From: Vicugna vicugna
Taxonomy: Eukaryota
DNA length: 64,000 nucleotides
Assembly: GCA_013265495.1 (NCBI GenBank)
Contig: MU057989.1
Span: forward strand, 1,193,513 to 1,257,512
Direction: 5' to 3'
Shown: positions 12,032-24,000 of the stretch, one piece after another
Layout of the letters: each line of letters starts with the position of its first letter
Position numbering within the stretch: the first letter of the stretch is position 1
Translations under genes and position numbers: made by a program
The notes under the pieces: model-generated
Told to the model about the DNA's origin: nothing
The model's input: only the letters and a program-made list of their open reading frames with translations
Database searches by the model: none

Positions 12032-13689
12032 AGGTTCTGAGACTCAGAATATCCCTAGGGAAGTGAGAAGTCCGGAGGGAGCAAGGGATCTGCTCAGTAG
12101 GCAACAACGCATGGAGAGTGACTGTTTGAAACGAGCCCCAACCCACGGGGGGAACTTGAGAGGACCAGCTCTCCCCTCTTTCTGGCATTCTATCCACATG
12201 AGTCTCACAACTCACGTGTACCACCTCACATCTCTCCCTCCACCTGGGCACTCCCAGCCCGCCCAACCTGGTCAGAGGCCAGAGCTCCAGTGTGCAGATG
12301 GTCCCAGGGGCCCAGGTAGAGTCAGAGTCATTCACTGGACCCCCAAACTTCATGAGGAGGAAGCCCTCTCCCAGGCACCCCTTCAGTTGCCTCTGGTCCC
12401 ACCTGTACCAGTCCCACCCTGAAAAGGGATTGACTAATTCTGCACAGACATAAAGGCCTGGAGACAAGGTCCGGGGACTGTGTGGCTTAGAAAACCAGAA
12501 AGTGTCTCCATCCCCTTTGGTCCTTGTCCCTTCTGCCACCTCTATACCCCTACAAAGTATGTGGGGGGGGTCTCCAAGCTAAGCACGAAGTTATGTCCCC
12601 TCTCCTGGGGTGGATCAGTGCCCTGAGGGGAAGGGCTTGGGCTCTGGAGTCAAATGGTTTGGACTAGGATGCCATCTCTGCTGCTTTCAAACTGTACACT
12701 CTTGGGCAAGCCACTTAACCTCTCTGAACATGGGCCTGACAATAAGTTCTGCTGTGGTCCTATATCACCAGTACCTCTGACTGGTGACTTGAGGCTCCAA
12801 CACAGAGGGCTGGGTTACTCTCCCAACTCTCCCAGGGCCACATTTCACACCACAGCCCAAAAGCCATGGCTGGAGGCTGTGCCAGGCTGGAGAAGGGGAA
12901 ACTGCAGAATACTCGCCATTCTTGCCCCATTAGAATCCACAAGACTTCTCGGAATCAGAGGCACAGGCAGATCTTCACAAGAGCATGAAAACATTTCCCC
13001 TCTTCCCACAGGAGAGAAGGGTCAGCCCAGCCAGCAGAGCCCAGATCGGTAGCTCTGAGGCCCTTCCCCTCTGGTCTGGGCAGTAGTCAGAGAACCCGCT
13101 ACCAGTGCAGACATGGGTGGGTTTCGTGTGTGTGTTAATCTCTCTAGGCTCACAGGGATGTTTGGGTGATTCTGCTTGTTCTGTAGTTGCTGGCCGGCAC
13201 ACACGGCCTGCCTGGCTGACTCCGCCTTTGTTACTACCTAGGAGCACTCAGCCGCACAGGACTCCCCACAGCCCACCTCCAGAAGTAGCCTCTTCCAGGC
13301 TCTGAGCCTTCTGCCTTCCCTCCCTGAAGCCACTCGTACCTGCTCCAGAGCACAGAAGGGTGACAAGTGCTTCTCAAACAACAAAAGGCTCTCCTGGGAG
13401 AACAGACATCCTCGAAGGCTCCTGCTACACCCACGTTCTGTGCACTGATTTCAGGCTGGGTTTCAGAGCCCTAGTTGCTGGGTATGAATTAAAGTGGGCG
13501 GTTTTCGGGCAGACTGTCAGCAAAAGGGCCATGCCTGCCCATCCTTCACTTCAGGAGGTCAGTCACATCTTCTCCCTCTGGCACTGAGGAAACTGAGGAG
13601 CAGCCTAGAGGACCTGACCTGGTCAAGGTCACCCTACCCTGGGTCTCCTGGGTGTGTTTCAGGCAATGATGCGAGTCTGCTTGGGCTCC

Positions 13690-13850
13690 AATGCTGTGTG
13701 ACCTTGGGCAAGTTATTTAGCCTGCCTGGGCCTGATTTCCTCTCAGATAATAGTAATGCCAAGGTCCAGGCTGTCCTGAGGCTTAAAGGACATATGCATA
13801 AAGCACCTAGCACTTGGCTGGGCATTTGCTCAACACTGAGCCATTATTAT
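13690..13850 (+). mobile_element. MIR SINE
   Basis: gctgtgtgaccttgggcaagttatttagcct...tgcataaagcacctagcac, MIR core. Confidence 0.7.
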
Positions 13851-14049
13851 GATTCCACCCTTTCATTCTGCCCCTCTCTCCACTCCAGCCACACCAGCCT
13901 CAATGCCCTGCTGCCCCCAACACCCCAGACGCCGGCTTGTTCCCTCGCTTCCTCCGGGGCTTGACACAAAAGTCACCTTCTTAGGGACCCTGCTAGCCGC
14001 CTGGTTGATGCCCGTCCCCCGCGTCCGTCCTCACCCTGACACTCATCCG

Positions 14050-14760
14050 ATATACTGGACATTCTATTAATTCACCTCGGTGGCCTCTCTCGCCCGGGAA
14101 CACAAGCCGTATAAGGGCAGGGCTTCTGCAGCCCTCGCTACCCTAGGTGCCAGCGCCGGAGTGAATAAAGGGCCCCTATCGCGTCTCCCCGGCTGCGGGC
14201 GCGCCGCGCCTGAGAGAGCGGCCAGGCCGGGGCCAGATCAACAGGGGAAGCGCGCGCGGAGGCCGCGGGCCAGGGAGGATGGCGAGACCCGGGGCTCCGA
14301 GGGGCGGCACCGGGGACAAAGGGCTGCCCTACCTGCGCGGGGGGTGCGGGCGCCTCCCTCAGGGCGGCTGCGGCGCGCGCCCGCGAGGTCACGTTCGGGG
14401 CGCGCCGGCCGGAAGGAGGCCCCGCGAGGGGCGGAGGGGCGGGGCGTCCGTGGCTAGGCCGCGCCCACTGGCCGCAGGCCCGCGGCGGGGGCGGAGCCAG
14501 TCGGGTCCGGGCCACCTCCCACTTCCTCTCTCTCCGGCAGGCTTATTCATATTCATGCTTTGAGGGGCGGGGCCCAGGTCTCCCGCGGTGCCCTGCCCCC
14601 AGGCTGCGGATCCCGCGTCGGCTGCGGCTCCGGCCCCAGTGGGGCGCCCCCGGCTTCCGCCTCGGGGAGGGAGTTTCCACTTGGTCACGACTCAAAAATG
14701 TGTCGCTCCCGCTCCTCCACCCCCTCGTCTCGGCCCTGGGGGAGTCTCCTCCCTCAGAAG
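14050..14760. promoter_or_regulatory. Orphan CpG island about 5 kb upstream of the GLIS2 promoter island
   Basis: Dense CpG and GC boxes (ggggcggagg, ggggcgggg, ggggcggagcc), with no recognisable coding exon. Confidence 0.8.
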
Positions 14761-14914
14761 GCAGGAGGGGCGGGGTCAAGAGGGGCAGCTCCTCCTTCCT
14801 GGGGCAGGTCCATAGGGATGGGACGGACCCTTCCCTCCCTTCTTCCCTCCCTTCTTCCCTCCCTCCAATTTACCGCCTGTAATAATCCTAATTTTTAAAA
14901 CGTAATAATAGTTC

Positions 14915-15060
14915 TAATTTATTGGGCGCTTACTCTGTGCCAGACACTGCATGTTATATGAACTACCTCTTTTAACCCTCCCAACAGTCTTAAGTTAAGT
15001 ATAATATTGTTAGATCCAGAAACTCAGAAAGTTGAGCGACTTATCCACCATCACACAGCA
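14915..15060 (-). mobile_element. MIR SINE
   Basis: tttattgggcgcttactctgtgccagacactg...gaaactcagaaagttgagcgacttatcc, antisense MIR. Confidence 0.65.
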
Positions 15061-15482
15061 GCCTTGGGCTTTTAAGGAAAGGTTGATTCCGTTAGGTTAG
15101 AGCGGCCGATTATTGCTCCCCACCACCTTTCAAGAAATGGGCTTACCTAAGCCACTCCTGGCTGGCTGGGCGTGGCTAAGGAGTAGATCTGAATGTCCCA
15201 TTCAAGGGAGATGCTACATACAGACTGGGGGAAACCAAAGCACGAGGGCAGGACAGGTTGCACAATTTGCTGGACCCATTGAAAGTGGACTAGGTCATTT
15301 TTGAACAGTGTTAAAAAATGATTAACAGTTTCAAGATGGCGATGGCAGAACATTAAGCAAAGCATGAGCCCTGCTAAGTGTCAGGCTTGTGCAACTGCAC
15401 AGGTGAATGTCCCTGTGGCTGGCCCTGATGAAGGCTCTTCCATGGGCTGGACACCCCAACCTCCAATACCGTGCATGCGCGC

Positions 15483-15502
15483 CACACACACACACACACA
15501 CA
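15483..15502. repeat. (CA)10 microsatellite
   Basis: Read directly. Confidence 0.95.
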
Positions 15503-16640
15503 CCAGCCCAGGAGCATCCTGGAGCATCCTGGAGCTCATCAGAGCTCCCAAAGCTGAGCACTTCAGGCCCTCTAGAGGGTTAGCTGAGTCCCAACCTGGA
15601 GAGTGTGTCTCAAACCGGAATGACCTTGCTGGCCCTTGGGGCTGTTCCTGCTGGGCATTCTCAGCCCAGGGACCCTGCTGGCAGGTGGGATGGGTCATAC
15701 ATGCTGGGCCCAGCAGGGCCCTCAATTCTGACTCAAAGCCCTTCTTTCTCTCTCGCTTGAGCAGGGAGTGAGGCACAGCCAGGGCCGATTCCCAGAATAA
15801 ACACCCCACCCATAGTCAGCCCCAGCCCTGCAGCCATGGCAAGCCAGCGCCAAAGGGGAAAAACGCTCACCAGGCTGCCAGCTCAAGGTTAATACGTCAA
15901 CCTGATCTCACTCCTGCCACAGCTCCATCCTTGTGCCTAAACCCCCACTTACAGTTGCAGGCTTCATTAATAACATTAGTAGCTACCATTTGATGCACTT
16001 TCTCTCCCCTCCAGGCATTGGTGGGAGCCCTTTGTTGCCCTCTCCTCTGAGCCTCACATAGCCCCATATTAGACATGAGGGTCACCATTTCACAGACAGA
16101 GGGATCTGATGCCTTGGCTAAGGTCAAGGGCTAGAACTTGGGATTATCTGCCATTCATTCATCCTGGTTCCCGTCATTTCTCCTATGTCTCCTACATCGT
16201 GAGGCTCATTTCTCTATGTTGTCTTATTCACTTCCAGTCCCCCGAAGAGATTAAAGGCTCTGGGAGGACAGAAACTATACTTATACAGCTCAGTTTCTGC
16301 TGGACCTAGCATTGTGAGTTAATTGAAGAGCCATTTACTAAGCAGACATGCTGTGTAGGACACCCTTCTTGCAGTGGGCAGATACTTGTGTGTGAATGAG
16401 TGAGCCACGTCCCCTCTGGGTACTGACAGGTGGGGAATTCCCACTACACTGAGAGATCTCCTTGAAGATCTTGATGGGTTTGCTAGCCCAGCACATAGTA
16501 GGCCCTTAATAAATGTTGTTGAATGGACACATGATAAGTGTTTAATAAGCATTTGAGTGAACAGTAACCTAGGAGATGTTCAATAAATGTTTATTGATGA
16601 AGGATTACAGGAGCAGATTCAGCCCAAAATATGTCAGCAT

Positions 16641-17017
16641 TTATCTTGCTCAGGCTGCNNNNNNNNNNNNNNNNNNNNNNNNNNNNNNNNNNNNNNNNNN
16701 NNNNNNNNNNNNNNNNNNNNNNNNNNNNNNNNNNNNNNNNNNNNNNNNNNNNNNNNNNNNNNNNNNNNNNNNNNNNNNNNNNNNNNAAAAAGCCTCCTTC
16801 TTGCTGTGTCCTCACTTGGTGGGGGGAGAGAGAGAGGAAATGAGAGAAAGGGCTCTGATCTCTCTTCCACTTCTTATAAAAGCACTGATCCCATTATAGG
16901 AACCCCACCCTCATGACTTCATTTAAACCTAAGTGCAAATATCATCACACTTAGAGGGGGTTAGAGTTTCAACGTATGAATTTTTGGCTGTTGGATACAA
17001 ACGTTCAGTCTATAACA
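16641..17017 (-). mobile_element. MaLR LTR (MLT1A-like), with N-gap
   Basis: ccttcttgctgtgtcctcac...cttcttataaaagcactgatcccatt...caccctcatgacttcatttaaacct...cagtctataaca. Confidence 0.8.
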
Positions 17018-17409
17018 GCAATATTTATGAAGCATTTACTATATGCCAGGGCAGGACCCTTGAAGGGGGAGCAACAAAGCAGATAATGCCCGGTGTCCTA
17101 CTCCTTGCGGAATTTATGCTCTAATAAGGAAAGATAGTCCATAACACATGGTGGGGGGGAGCAGGTAGCAAAGGATGGGTTCTCAGAATAAGGACTCTTG
17201 GAGGGAGGAAACCTGGCATGATTGTGGGGACATCCCTCTTCACCCACCATGCACTAAGAAGGAGGAAGCCAAGATTCGCCTGACTGTTATAGCAGTTGCT
17301 GCCTCCCAGAACAGCACACTGTGAAAAACCCTCTGGGAGCCTGACCCTCTGAGATGTCCTGGACCCCCATCCCACCGCTTATCTGATGCCTCAAGGAGGT
17401 AGTAGCTTA

Positions 17410-17590
17410 TGACACAAGCTTTGGAATCAGAGCAACTGAGACTGCAGTCTGGTCTATGCCTCCTACCAGCTTCTAAGATCTAGGCCAAGTTACTTAAAAT
17501 CTAAGCCTCAGTTTCCCTCTCTATAAAATGGGAATAATAATAGGACCCACCCTCAGGGTTGTTGTGATTATAATGAAAGTAAAGCATCTG
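17410..17590 (+). mobile_element. MIR SINE
   Basis: ggccaagttacttaaaatctaagcctcagtttccctctctataaaatgggaataataataggacccacctcagggttgttgtgatt. Confidence 0.8.
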
Positions 17591-18313
17591 ATACAGAGAA
17601 AGAACTGATCTGGCTGGAAATTGGAGGTTTCTGGTTGGGTCACCTCCACCAAGGTTATAGAGTTCCTCATTATTGTTGGATTTGCAGGAGCCAAATTTAG
17701 GGGTATATTTGCAGCTAAGGGGACACCAGCTGAGCCCTGGAACTGAAAAGCAGTGGATCAATCTTGATACCTGGTAGTGATCGCTAATATGTGTTGAGAA
17801 TGTACCTCATTTAATCTTCACAACAACCTCAGAAAGGAGATGGTATTATTTACCACCCAAACATGGGAATCTCAAGTCAGAGTTCTCACTGGGAGCAAAG
17901 TTCTTGTCCTTGAAANNNNNNNNNNNNNNNNNNNNNNNNNNNNNNNNNNNNNNNNNNNNNNNNNNNNNNNNNNNNNNNNNNNNNNNNNNNNNNNNNNNNN
18001 NNNNNNNNNNNNNNNNNNNNNNNNNNNNNNNNNNNNNNNNNNNNNNNNNNNNNNNNNNNNNNNNNNNNNNNNNNAATGGTGAGAAAGGTTGTCGAGTGGG
18101 TGAAGGTTTCTTATGGTCAAGCCACATTGTGGGATGGTTAGGTCCCCTCGTGGGGCGGAGCTTAGGATTTCACTTTATTCAGTTACTGCTGAATTGTAAA
18201 ACCCATGAGGGCAAGGATGGCTGGGGTTGTTCACTCCCTGTCCCCACAACTGTCACAGGGTGCCTGGATCCTGTAAGCATCCCATGAACATTTTTAACAG
18301 GTATAAAACTAGC

Positions 18314-18498
18314 CCAACTTTTTTATATTCATATTCTATGAATTTTATCTTTTATTTTGTTTCCGGAAATTTACTTATTTATTTATGGGGGAGTTATTAG
18401 GTTTGTTTCTTTATATTTTAATGGAGGTGCTGGAGATTGAACCCAGGACCTCGGGCATGCTAAGCACGCGCTCTACCACTGAGCTATATCCGCGCCCC
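18314..18498 (-). mobile_element. Camelid Vic-1-type tRNA-Ala(AGC)-derived SINE
   Basis: Minus strand reads GGGGCGCGGATATAGCTCAGTGGTAGAGCGCGTGCTTAGCATGCCCGAGGTCCTGGGTTCAATCTCCAGCACCTCC, then AAACCTAATAACTCCCCC and an A-rich tail. A box and near-consensus B box present. AAAACTAGC direct repeat at 18305-18313 and 18499-18507. Family name recalled. Confidence 0.85.
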
Positions 18499-18636
18499 AA
18501 AACTAGCTCCTTGCGTACCTTTTTTCCGTACACCAGCATTCACTAGGAGCTGGAGCCCTGCCTGGCCAAGATCGCGCAAAGTGAAGCCATCTGCCGCAGG
18601 GCCGCGCTGCGGGCTGAATCCTTGCGATCCGGGACG

Positions 18637-18650
18637 CCGGTAGGGGGCAC
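18637..18650 (+). promoter_or_regulatory. CTCF core motif upstream of the GLIS2 promoter
   Basis: CCGGTAGGGGGCAC, 14/14 match to the consensus. Confidence 0.65.
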
Positions 18651-19369
18651 TCTGTGGCCCTTGGCCTCAGCCCCTCCCCACTCACTGGCTGGTCAGCGGA
18701 CCCAGAGAGTCGGCCCTTAACAAACCCCTCCTAGTAGACGCTAGGTCCCGAAGCTAGCCTTCCCCGGGGACCATCTGCCGGCTAATATTTAACCCGGCCT
18801 CACTCCACATTATCCACAGGAGGGAAACCGGGGTGGGGTGGGGTTGGGGCAGGGGAGGTCACCTCCAAATCACCGCCTTCCGGGCCTCCGGCCTTTCATG
18901 TATCACCCAACAGTTCATGAGCACCTATTCTGTCTATTCATACAAGTCTTGAGCACTACTGTATGTACATTCACTTAAGATGTAATGAGCACCTACTCTG
19001 TGTCCATCTGCAAAACATGCCCTAAGCCCCTACTATGTGCCAAGCACTGAGGATGGTGTGAGATCAAGACCCACGGGCCTCAGGCTCTGTCGGGGGACTG
19101 CGGCATTAAATACATGATTGAAGGAAAATTACACCTAGAGTCAGGTGCCTCACCTATAGAGGATGCTTTTCGTCTCTTGGGCTCCTCAAGGCCAACTGCG
19201 AGGCGGCAGGGTTGGCCAACAGCAGGAGGGCTGTTTTTGAACCTGATTTGCCACCAGACGTCAGAACAGCAAGAAGATAACTGGGCAGGGACCCGGGTTG
19301 GCCCAAACAAAACACATTCAAGAACGCGAGTCTGGGGTTCAACCTCAGGAGGTAGAGATCAGCTTAGCC

Positions 19370-21000
19370 GGGTGCGGGTGCGGGCTTTCTCAATCGCGTG
19401 TCTCCACGCATTCCACTTCCTAACCGCCGGCACCGCGCTGGGCGCTGAGGGTCCAGGCCAGGGCCCAGGAGCGATCAGGGACCTCCGCGGCGCTCAGGCT
19501 GATGATGCAGGTTGTCCCAACTGCGGGGACCAAGTGGGGCCGGGCTTCTCGTTATTCCACCATAAGGGAAACTGAGGCAGAAAGCAAGGCAAGGACTAGC
19601 CTGACGTCGGACAGGACGGAGGGGCTGAGGCCGGCCTCGAACCCTGGCTCGCGCCGCCCTGAATCCGGAGTCGGGGCCTCTGCCCGCCGGGCGCTGCCCG
19701 CGCGTTCCTGGAACTGAGCTGGGCGGAGAAATCAGGGCCCGCGGAGAGGCATTCCTGCCGCCCTCCCCGCCGCCCGGGGCCGCGGGGGGCCTGGCCAAGG
19801 TGACCCCGCGGGAGGGAGGCGAGGGGCCCCCGCCCCCTCAGCCTCCGCGACCTCCTCCATCTTCCCGGTCTTCGGGGCTTTTCCTCTGGGCCCGCACGCC
19901 CTCCCTCCGGTCCTCCGCGCGCCGCTCCCTATCTGGGCTTCCCCGAGGGCGGGCCGTTCCTCCCTCCGCCACCCCCAGGCCACCTCCGGGCCGTGTCCTA
20001 GCGCTGCCCTCGGGCCGGGGGCGGAGCCGCGGGGGGGACCCAAGGATGGGGCCGAGGAGGACGCGCGCCACTCGGCCGCGGCTTGGCGCCCCCTCTCTCC
20101 CGGTGTCGGCTCCCCAGGCCGCGCTGTACCCCCTCCCTCCCCTCCCCCGGCCCAGCGCCNNNNNNNNNNNNNNNNNNNNNNNNNNNNNNNNNNNNNNNNN
20201 NNNNNNNNNNNNNNNNNNNNNNNNNNNNNNNNNNNNNNNNNNNNNNNNNNNNNNNNNNNNNNNNNNNNNNNNNCCCCTCCTCCGCGGNNNNNNNNNNNNN
20301 NNNNNNNNNNNNNNNNNNNNNNNNNNNNNNNNNNNNNNNNNNNNNNNNNNNNNNNNNNNNNNNNNNNNNNNNNNNNNNNNNNNNNNNNNNNNNNNNNNNN
20401 NNNNNNNNNNNNNNNNNNNNNNNNNNNNNNNNNNNNNNNNNNNNNNNNNNNNNNNNNCGCCCTGGCCCCCGCCCGCCCGGCCCCCTCCCCTGCTCGCTCC
20501 CCCGCCGCCCCCTGACCGCCGGAGCCCGCAGCCGGCAGCCCCACCGCCCCCGCCTCCGAGGTAGGAAGCCCCCGGGCGTCGCGCCGTGGGGACGGGGACC
20601 GGGGGGGGGTCCTGGCCTGTCGCTCGGGGACTGCGGGACCTGAGGGTCGCCTCCCTCTCCCGCGTCAGCGCCTCGCCCCGGGCTATTGTGAGCCCTCGCC
20701 GGGGCCCCTGCGCTCGCTCCCTCGCTCGCTGGCTCGCGCGCTCCCTCCCTCGCCGGCTCCCCAGCCCTGTCCCTCCGTCTCTGTCTTTCTCCTCCCTCCT
20801 TCCCTCCCTCCGTCCGGAGGCCGGCCGAACCGCGGCCGGGCCACGGGCGGGAGCAAACTTCGGCGGGGAAGTTGGGCGACCGCCGTGGGGGTGCGCTGTG
20901 GGGTGAGAGGGGGGCCCCCCGGAGCCTGGGCACGAAGTTGTCTGGGGCAGCCGAGCAGCCAGCTCTTCCCACGCGTAGCTGTTTCTCGGACAAGGGTTGA
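19370..21000. promoter_or_regulatory. GLIS2: GLIS2 promoter CpG island (TSS probably within or near the N-gaps 20160-20273 and 20288-20457)
   Basis: Very high CpG density, GC boxes, and a splice donor at 20561 upstream of the GLIS2 coding exons. Confidence 0.85.
20458..20560 (+). other. GLIS2: GLIS2 non-coding exon 1 (visible 3' part; 5' end hidden by gap)
   Basis: Donor CCGAG|GTAGGA at 20560/20561 inside the island. Human GLIS2 has an upstream non-coding exon (recalled). Confidence 0.65.
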
Positions 21001-24000
21001 AAGGTGTCTCCTCCCTGGTGCGGCGAAGTCTCCCCTTGCTGCCCCTGGCTAGCCCCGGCCTTCTTTGGGCCAGGGGAGGGAGGCGTCCCTGGGGGTCAGG
21101 ACTGGGAGCTGGCGTCCTGTCCAGCACTTGTTCCTCCCCTGCTGTCTGGGTGCAAGCAGAAGGGCCTGACAGAGTGGCAAGGACAGGGGAACCCGCCTAG
21201 GGGAGGATCTGGAGGGGGCGGGAGGAGGGGGCGAGGCAGGTGCATCCCAAAGGAGGGAGATGCCTGCGTTCTGCTTCCCAGCAGGCCCCCTGGGATGGGG
21301 CTGGAATCCAGGCTGGCACCTGGAGGCCCTGGCACACTGCCCTACCCAGCCGGGTACTCAGGCCACAGCAGGGCAGCACGCCGCCTGTCTGCCTGCCCAG
21401 GAGGGCCCGCCTGGCCGGCCACCCTGGGCAGTGATGGTTGCAGGGAGCTGCCCAGCCCTGCCCTGGGGCTTGGGAAGCGGGAAGGGATCCTGGGAGGAGC
21501 CCTGGGCCCCCAGCCATCATAGCCCAGGATCTTGGCTCTGAAGGGAACGCTTGACACTGAGGGGGCAGCCAGGCCAGCTGGGGACCTGGCCAAGGCCTGG
21601 GCTCCCGTGGTTCTTCGTCTGGGCCAGGCACAGGGCCTGAGCTGTGGTCCTTGGAGGCAGCCATCTGAGGGTCCTACATGCCTGGTCCTGGCATCCTGGA
21701 GGGAAGGTGGGGCTTAGCCAGCAGCTAGGGAAGACAGGAAGACATTATGCTGCCCAGGGTCTTCCTCAGCCCCCAGGCTTAGGGAAAGGGAAACTGTGCC
21801 CACCCGCCCAGCCCTCCCCAATTCCCGCACCAATGCCACAGTGCCACAGCTGTTCCAGCCCAGCCCACACATCCTTCTCCAGAACCTCAGAGCCTCCCCT
21901 CTGCTCCTCCTTCTCAACCCTGTGGGCCCAGGCTGGGCCTCCCAGCTGGCCTGGCCCGCACTGGGGGAGGGGCTGCACCTGGGGGCCCCTCCCAGGACAC
22001 CCCTTTCTGAGCGCCAGCCCATTTCACAGCCCAGCCCAGCTTGGTTTAGCCCCATCTGCAGCCAGCCAAGCAGGAGGCAGTGCCAGGAGCTTGGGCACCA
22101 TTTACGGGGGTTGAGGACCCCTTGGAAGCAGCCCTGTTTTCCTTAGCTCCTTCCCCTCCCCCTCCTTTCCGGAGCTGCCATTAGAGCTGACCCTCTGACC
22201 CCCAAGCCTGCCCGCCCTTCCCTGTCTGTGACCTTTGACCTTTGATGTTAAATCCCTCCAGCTGGGGCTCCTTGGCCCCTGAGTGACCCTAGTGCAGGAC
22301 CTCTGGGGGGACTCTCCCTGCTTTTGGCTCTCTACACAGGGACACCTGCCAGTTCCTCCCTCACCGATGGGGAGGAGGTGCCCCAGGAAGCCAGACAGTG
22401 AGTCACCCCACTTCCAGGCACCACTGATTTTGGGGTCAGTGGCTTTGGGGGATTCGCTGGTGATGGGCCACAGCCTGGAGGGTGAGTGGGGAAAGCCCCA
22501 GGCCTGGGAGTCTGATGTCCTGGATTTGACTTTTGGCTGCGCCACCACCAACTCCCAAAGATCCTTGGATCAGGATCCTCCCCTTTCTGGGTCTCAGTTT
22601 CCTCATCTGTAAAGTCAACAGTTCAGACAGGGTGAGCTTCCTGAACTGCAGAGTCCATGAGAAGGCTGAGGAGGGGGGTGTGGGTGCTGAGAGGGGGCTA
22701 AGGCCAACAAAAGCCAACTCTCAATTATCTGTGGGTGTAGCCAGTATGAATAACTAGATGCCACAGACATCCAAAAACCTCATTTTAAACAATCATGTGA
22801 ACTGAGTACCCCCAAAGCTTTTGTTGTTTCTAAAAAGCCCAGCTGCAGATGGGTAGCCACAGTGATGTCTTCTCCTGCCTGGGCTCTCCTCCTTGCTGGG
22901 ATTGCCTGGGGAGGCCAACAGGGCAAACTGGCCTGTGGGAAGACAAAGCTCTGCCGGGGTCCCTCCTTGGGGCTTGTCAGGGGGCCTAGACCCCTCTCAG
23001 CACCACCTTGCTGCCCTCAGTTCCTTCTCGCCTCCTTGCCTGGCCTGGCCTTGGCCCAGGCCATGGGAGTGTCATCTGCCACCTGATCCTCCCAGGGTCT
23101 GAGCTGTGGTATAGAAGGAAGAATGTGTTTTCCTGACAACATTTTCCCATGTGCATTTCCATCTACCCCGACTCGCCTGGAATCCGAATTTCCCACTTGG
23201 GCGAGGGGGCGGGGACAGTGCCAGGCAGAGTTTGGGGCAATCCCAGGATGAGGGAGGGTGGCGACAGCTGTGGCTGAGGGACCAGATGTGGGACTGGGGC
23301 GTGCAGTTGAGCTCTTTGTGAGGCATTTGGGGTGGGGTCCCCTGGCTCTGGGAGGCACGCTGGGGGTGCAGGGAGACGGCTGCTCCTGGCTGTCTCCTCC
23401 AGTGCAGGATGCCGCCCCAGGGTCCTGTGTCTCAGGGGAGGCTGAAGCGGCCCCTCACCCAAGTGGGAAATTCGGTTCAGACTGCAGTGGAGAGGGCTTG
23501 AGCTGGGTGGTATGGAGTGGGGGTGGGGGAGTCTGCCTTTTCTGAGGCTGTATAGAAGCCTTCCTCTATTCAGAGTTATTGTCATTTTATGTTTCATACA
23601 GATGACTGAGGCCAGAGGGGTGACCCCTGGAAGGTACTGGGTAGTCCTCTCTTCACCCAGATAAGCACCCTTCTCAGAGATAGGGGGCATCCCTGGCTGG
23701 TGAGGAGGGACTTTGGGGCCAGCCAGAAGAGGTGACTCTCCCCCGCCCAACCTACCAGGGCTTCTGAAAGGGTCCTAGAGATGGGCCATAGCCCAGACAC
23801 GAGTCAGGGTTCAGCCCTCTGAGAATGCTGGGGCCAGGCAGGGATGGCATACTCAGCCTGCCGCCAGCTCTGGGTGTGGAAGACCACAGCTTTTGCAAAG
23901 CCCTTGGGACACGTGTGCCTCAGCCCCACCCTGGGGGCAGGGACTCTGCACTTTCAACCAGGACCTCTAGTGCTTTACTGATCAGCTGGGGTTGGGGTGA

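Noticed and set aside
11745-12539. 264-aa minus-strand ORF
   Set aside because: No recognisable domain, and it runs straight through a MER5 relic. Likely chance, though not tested by a database search.
18422-18498. Functional tRNA-Ala(AGC) gene on the minus strand
   Set aside because: D, anticodon and T arms are recognisable, but the acceptor stem barely pairs (GCGGATA vs CACCTCC) and the body runs into a SINE-type tail with a flanking direct repeat.
19781-20040. GLIS-like binding motifs (CGCGGGGGG) suggesting GLIS2 autoregulation
   Set aside because: Imperfect matches in a G-rich island where such strings are expected by chance.
1046-20457. Seven N-runs (1046-1176, 5920-6103, 9562-9708, 16659-16786, 17916-18074, 20160-20273, 20288-20457) as a patterned feature
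   Set aside because: Most fall in repeats or extreme-GC DNA, as expected for assembly gaps or masking. Contents are unknowable, and they hide the GLIS2 TSS.
19838-21127. 429-aa, 331-aa, 270-aa and 254-aa ORFs over the GLIS2 promoter
   Set aside because: They read through N-gaps in extremely GC-rich DNA where stops are rare. The translations are low-complexity R/G/P/A with no domain.
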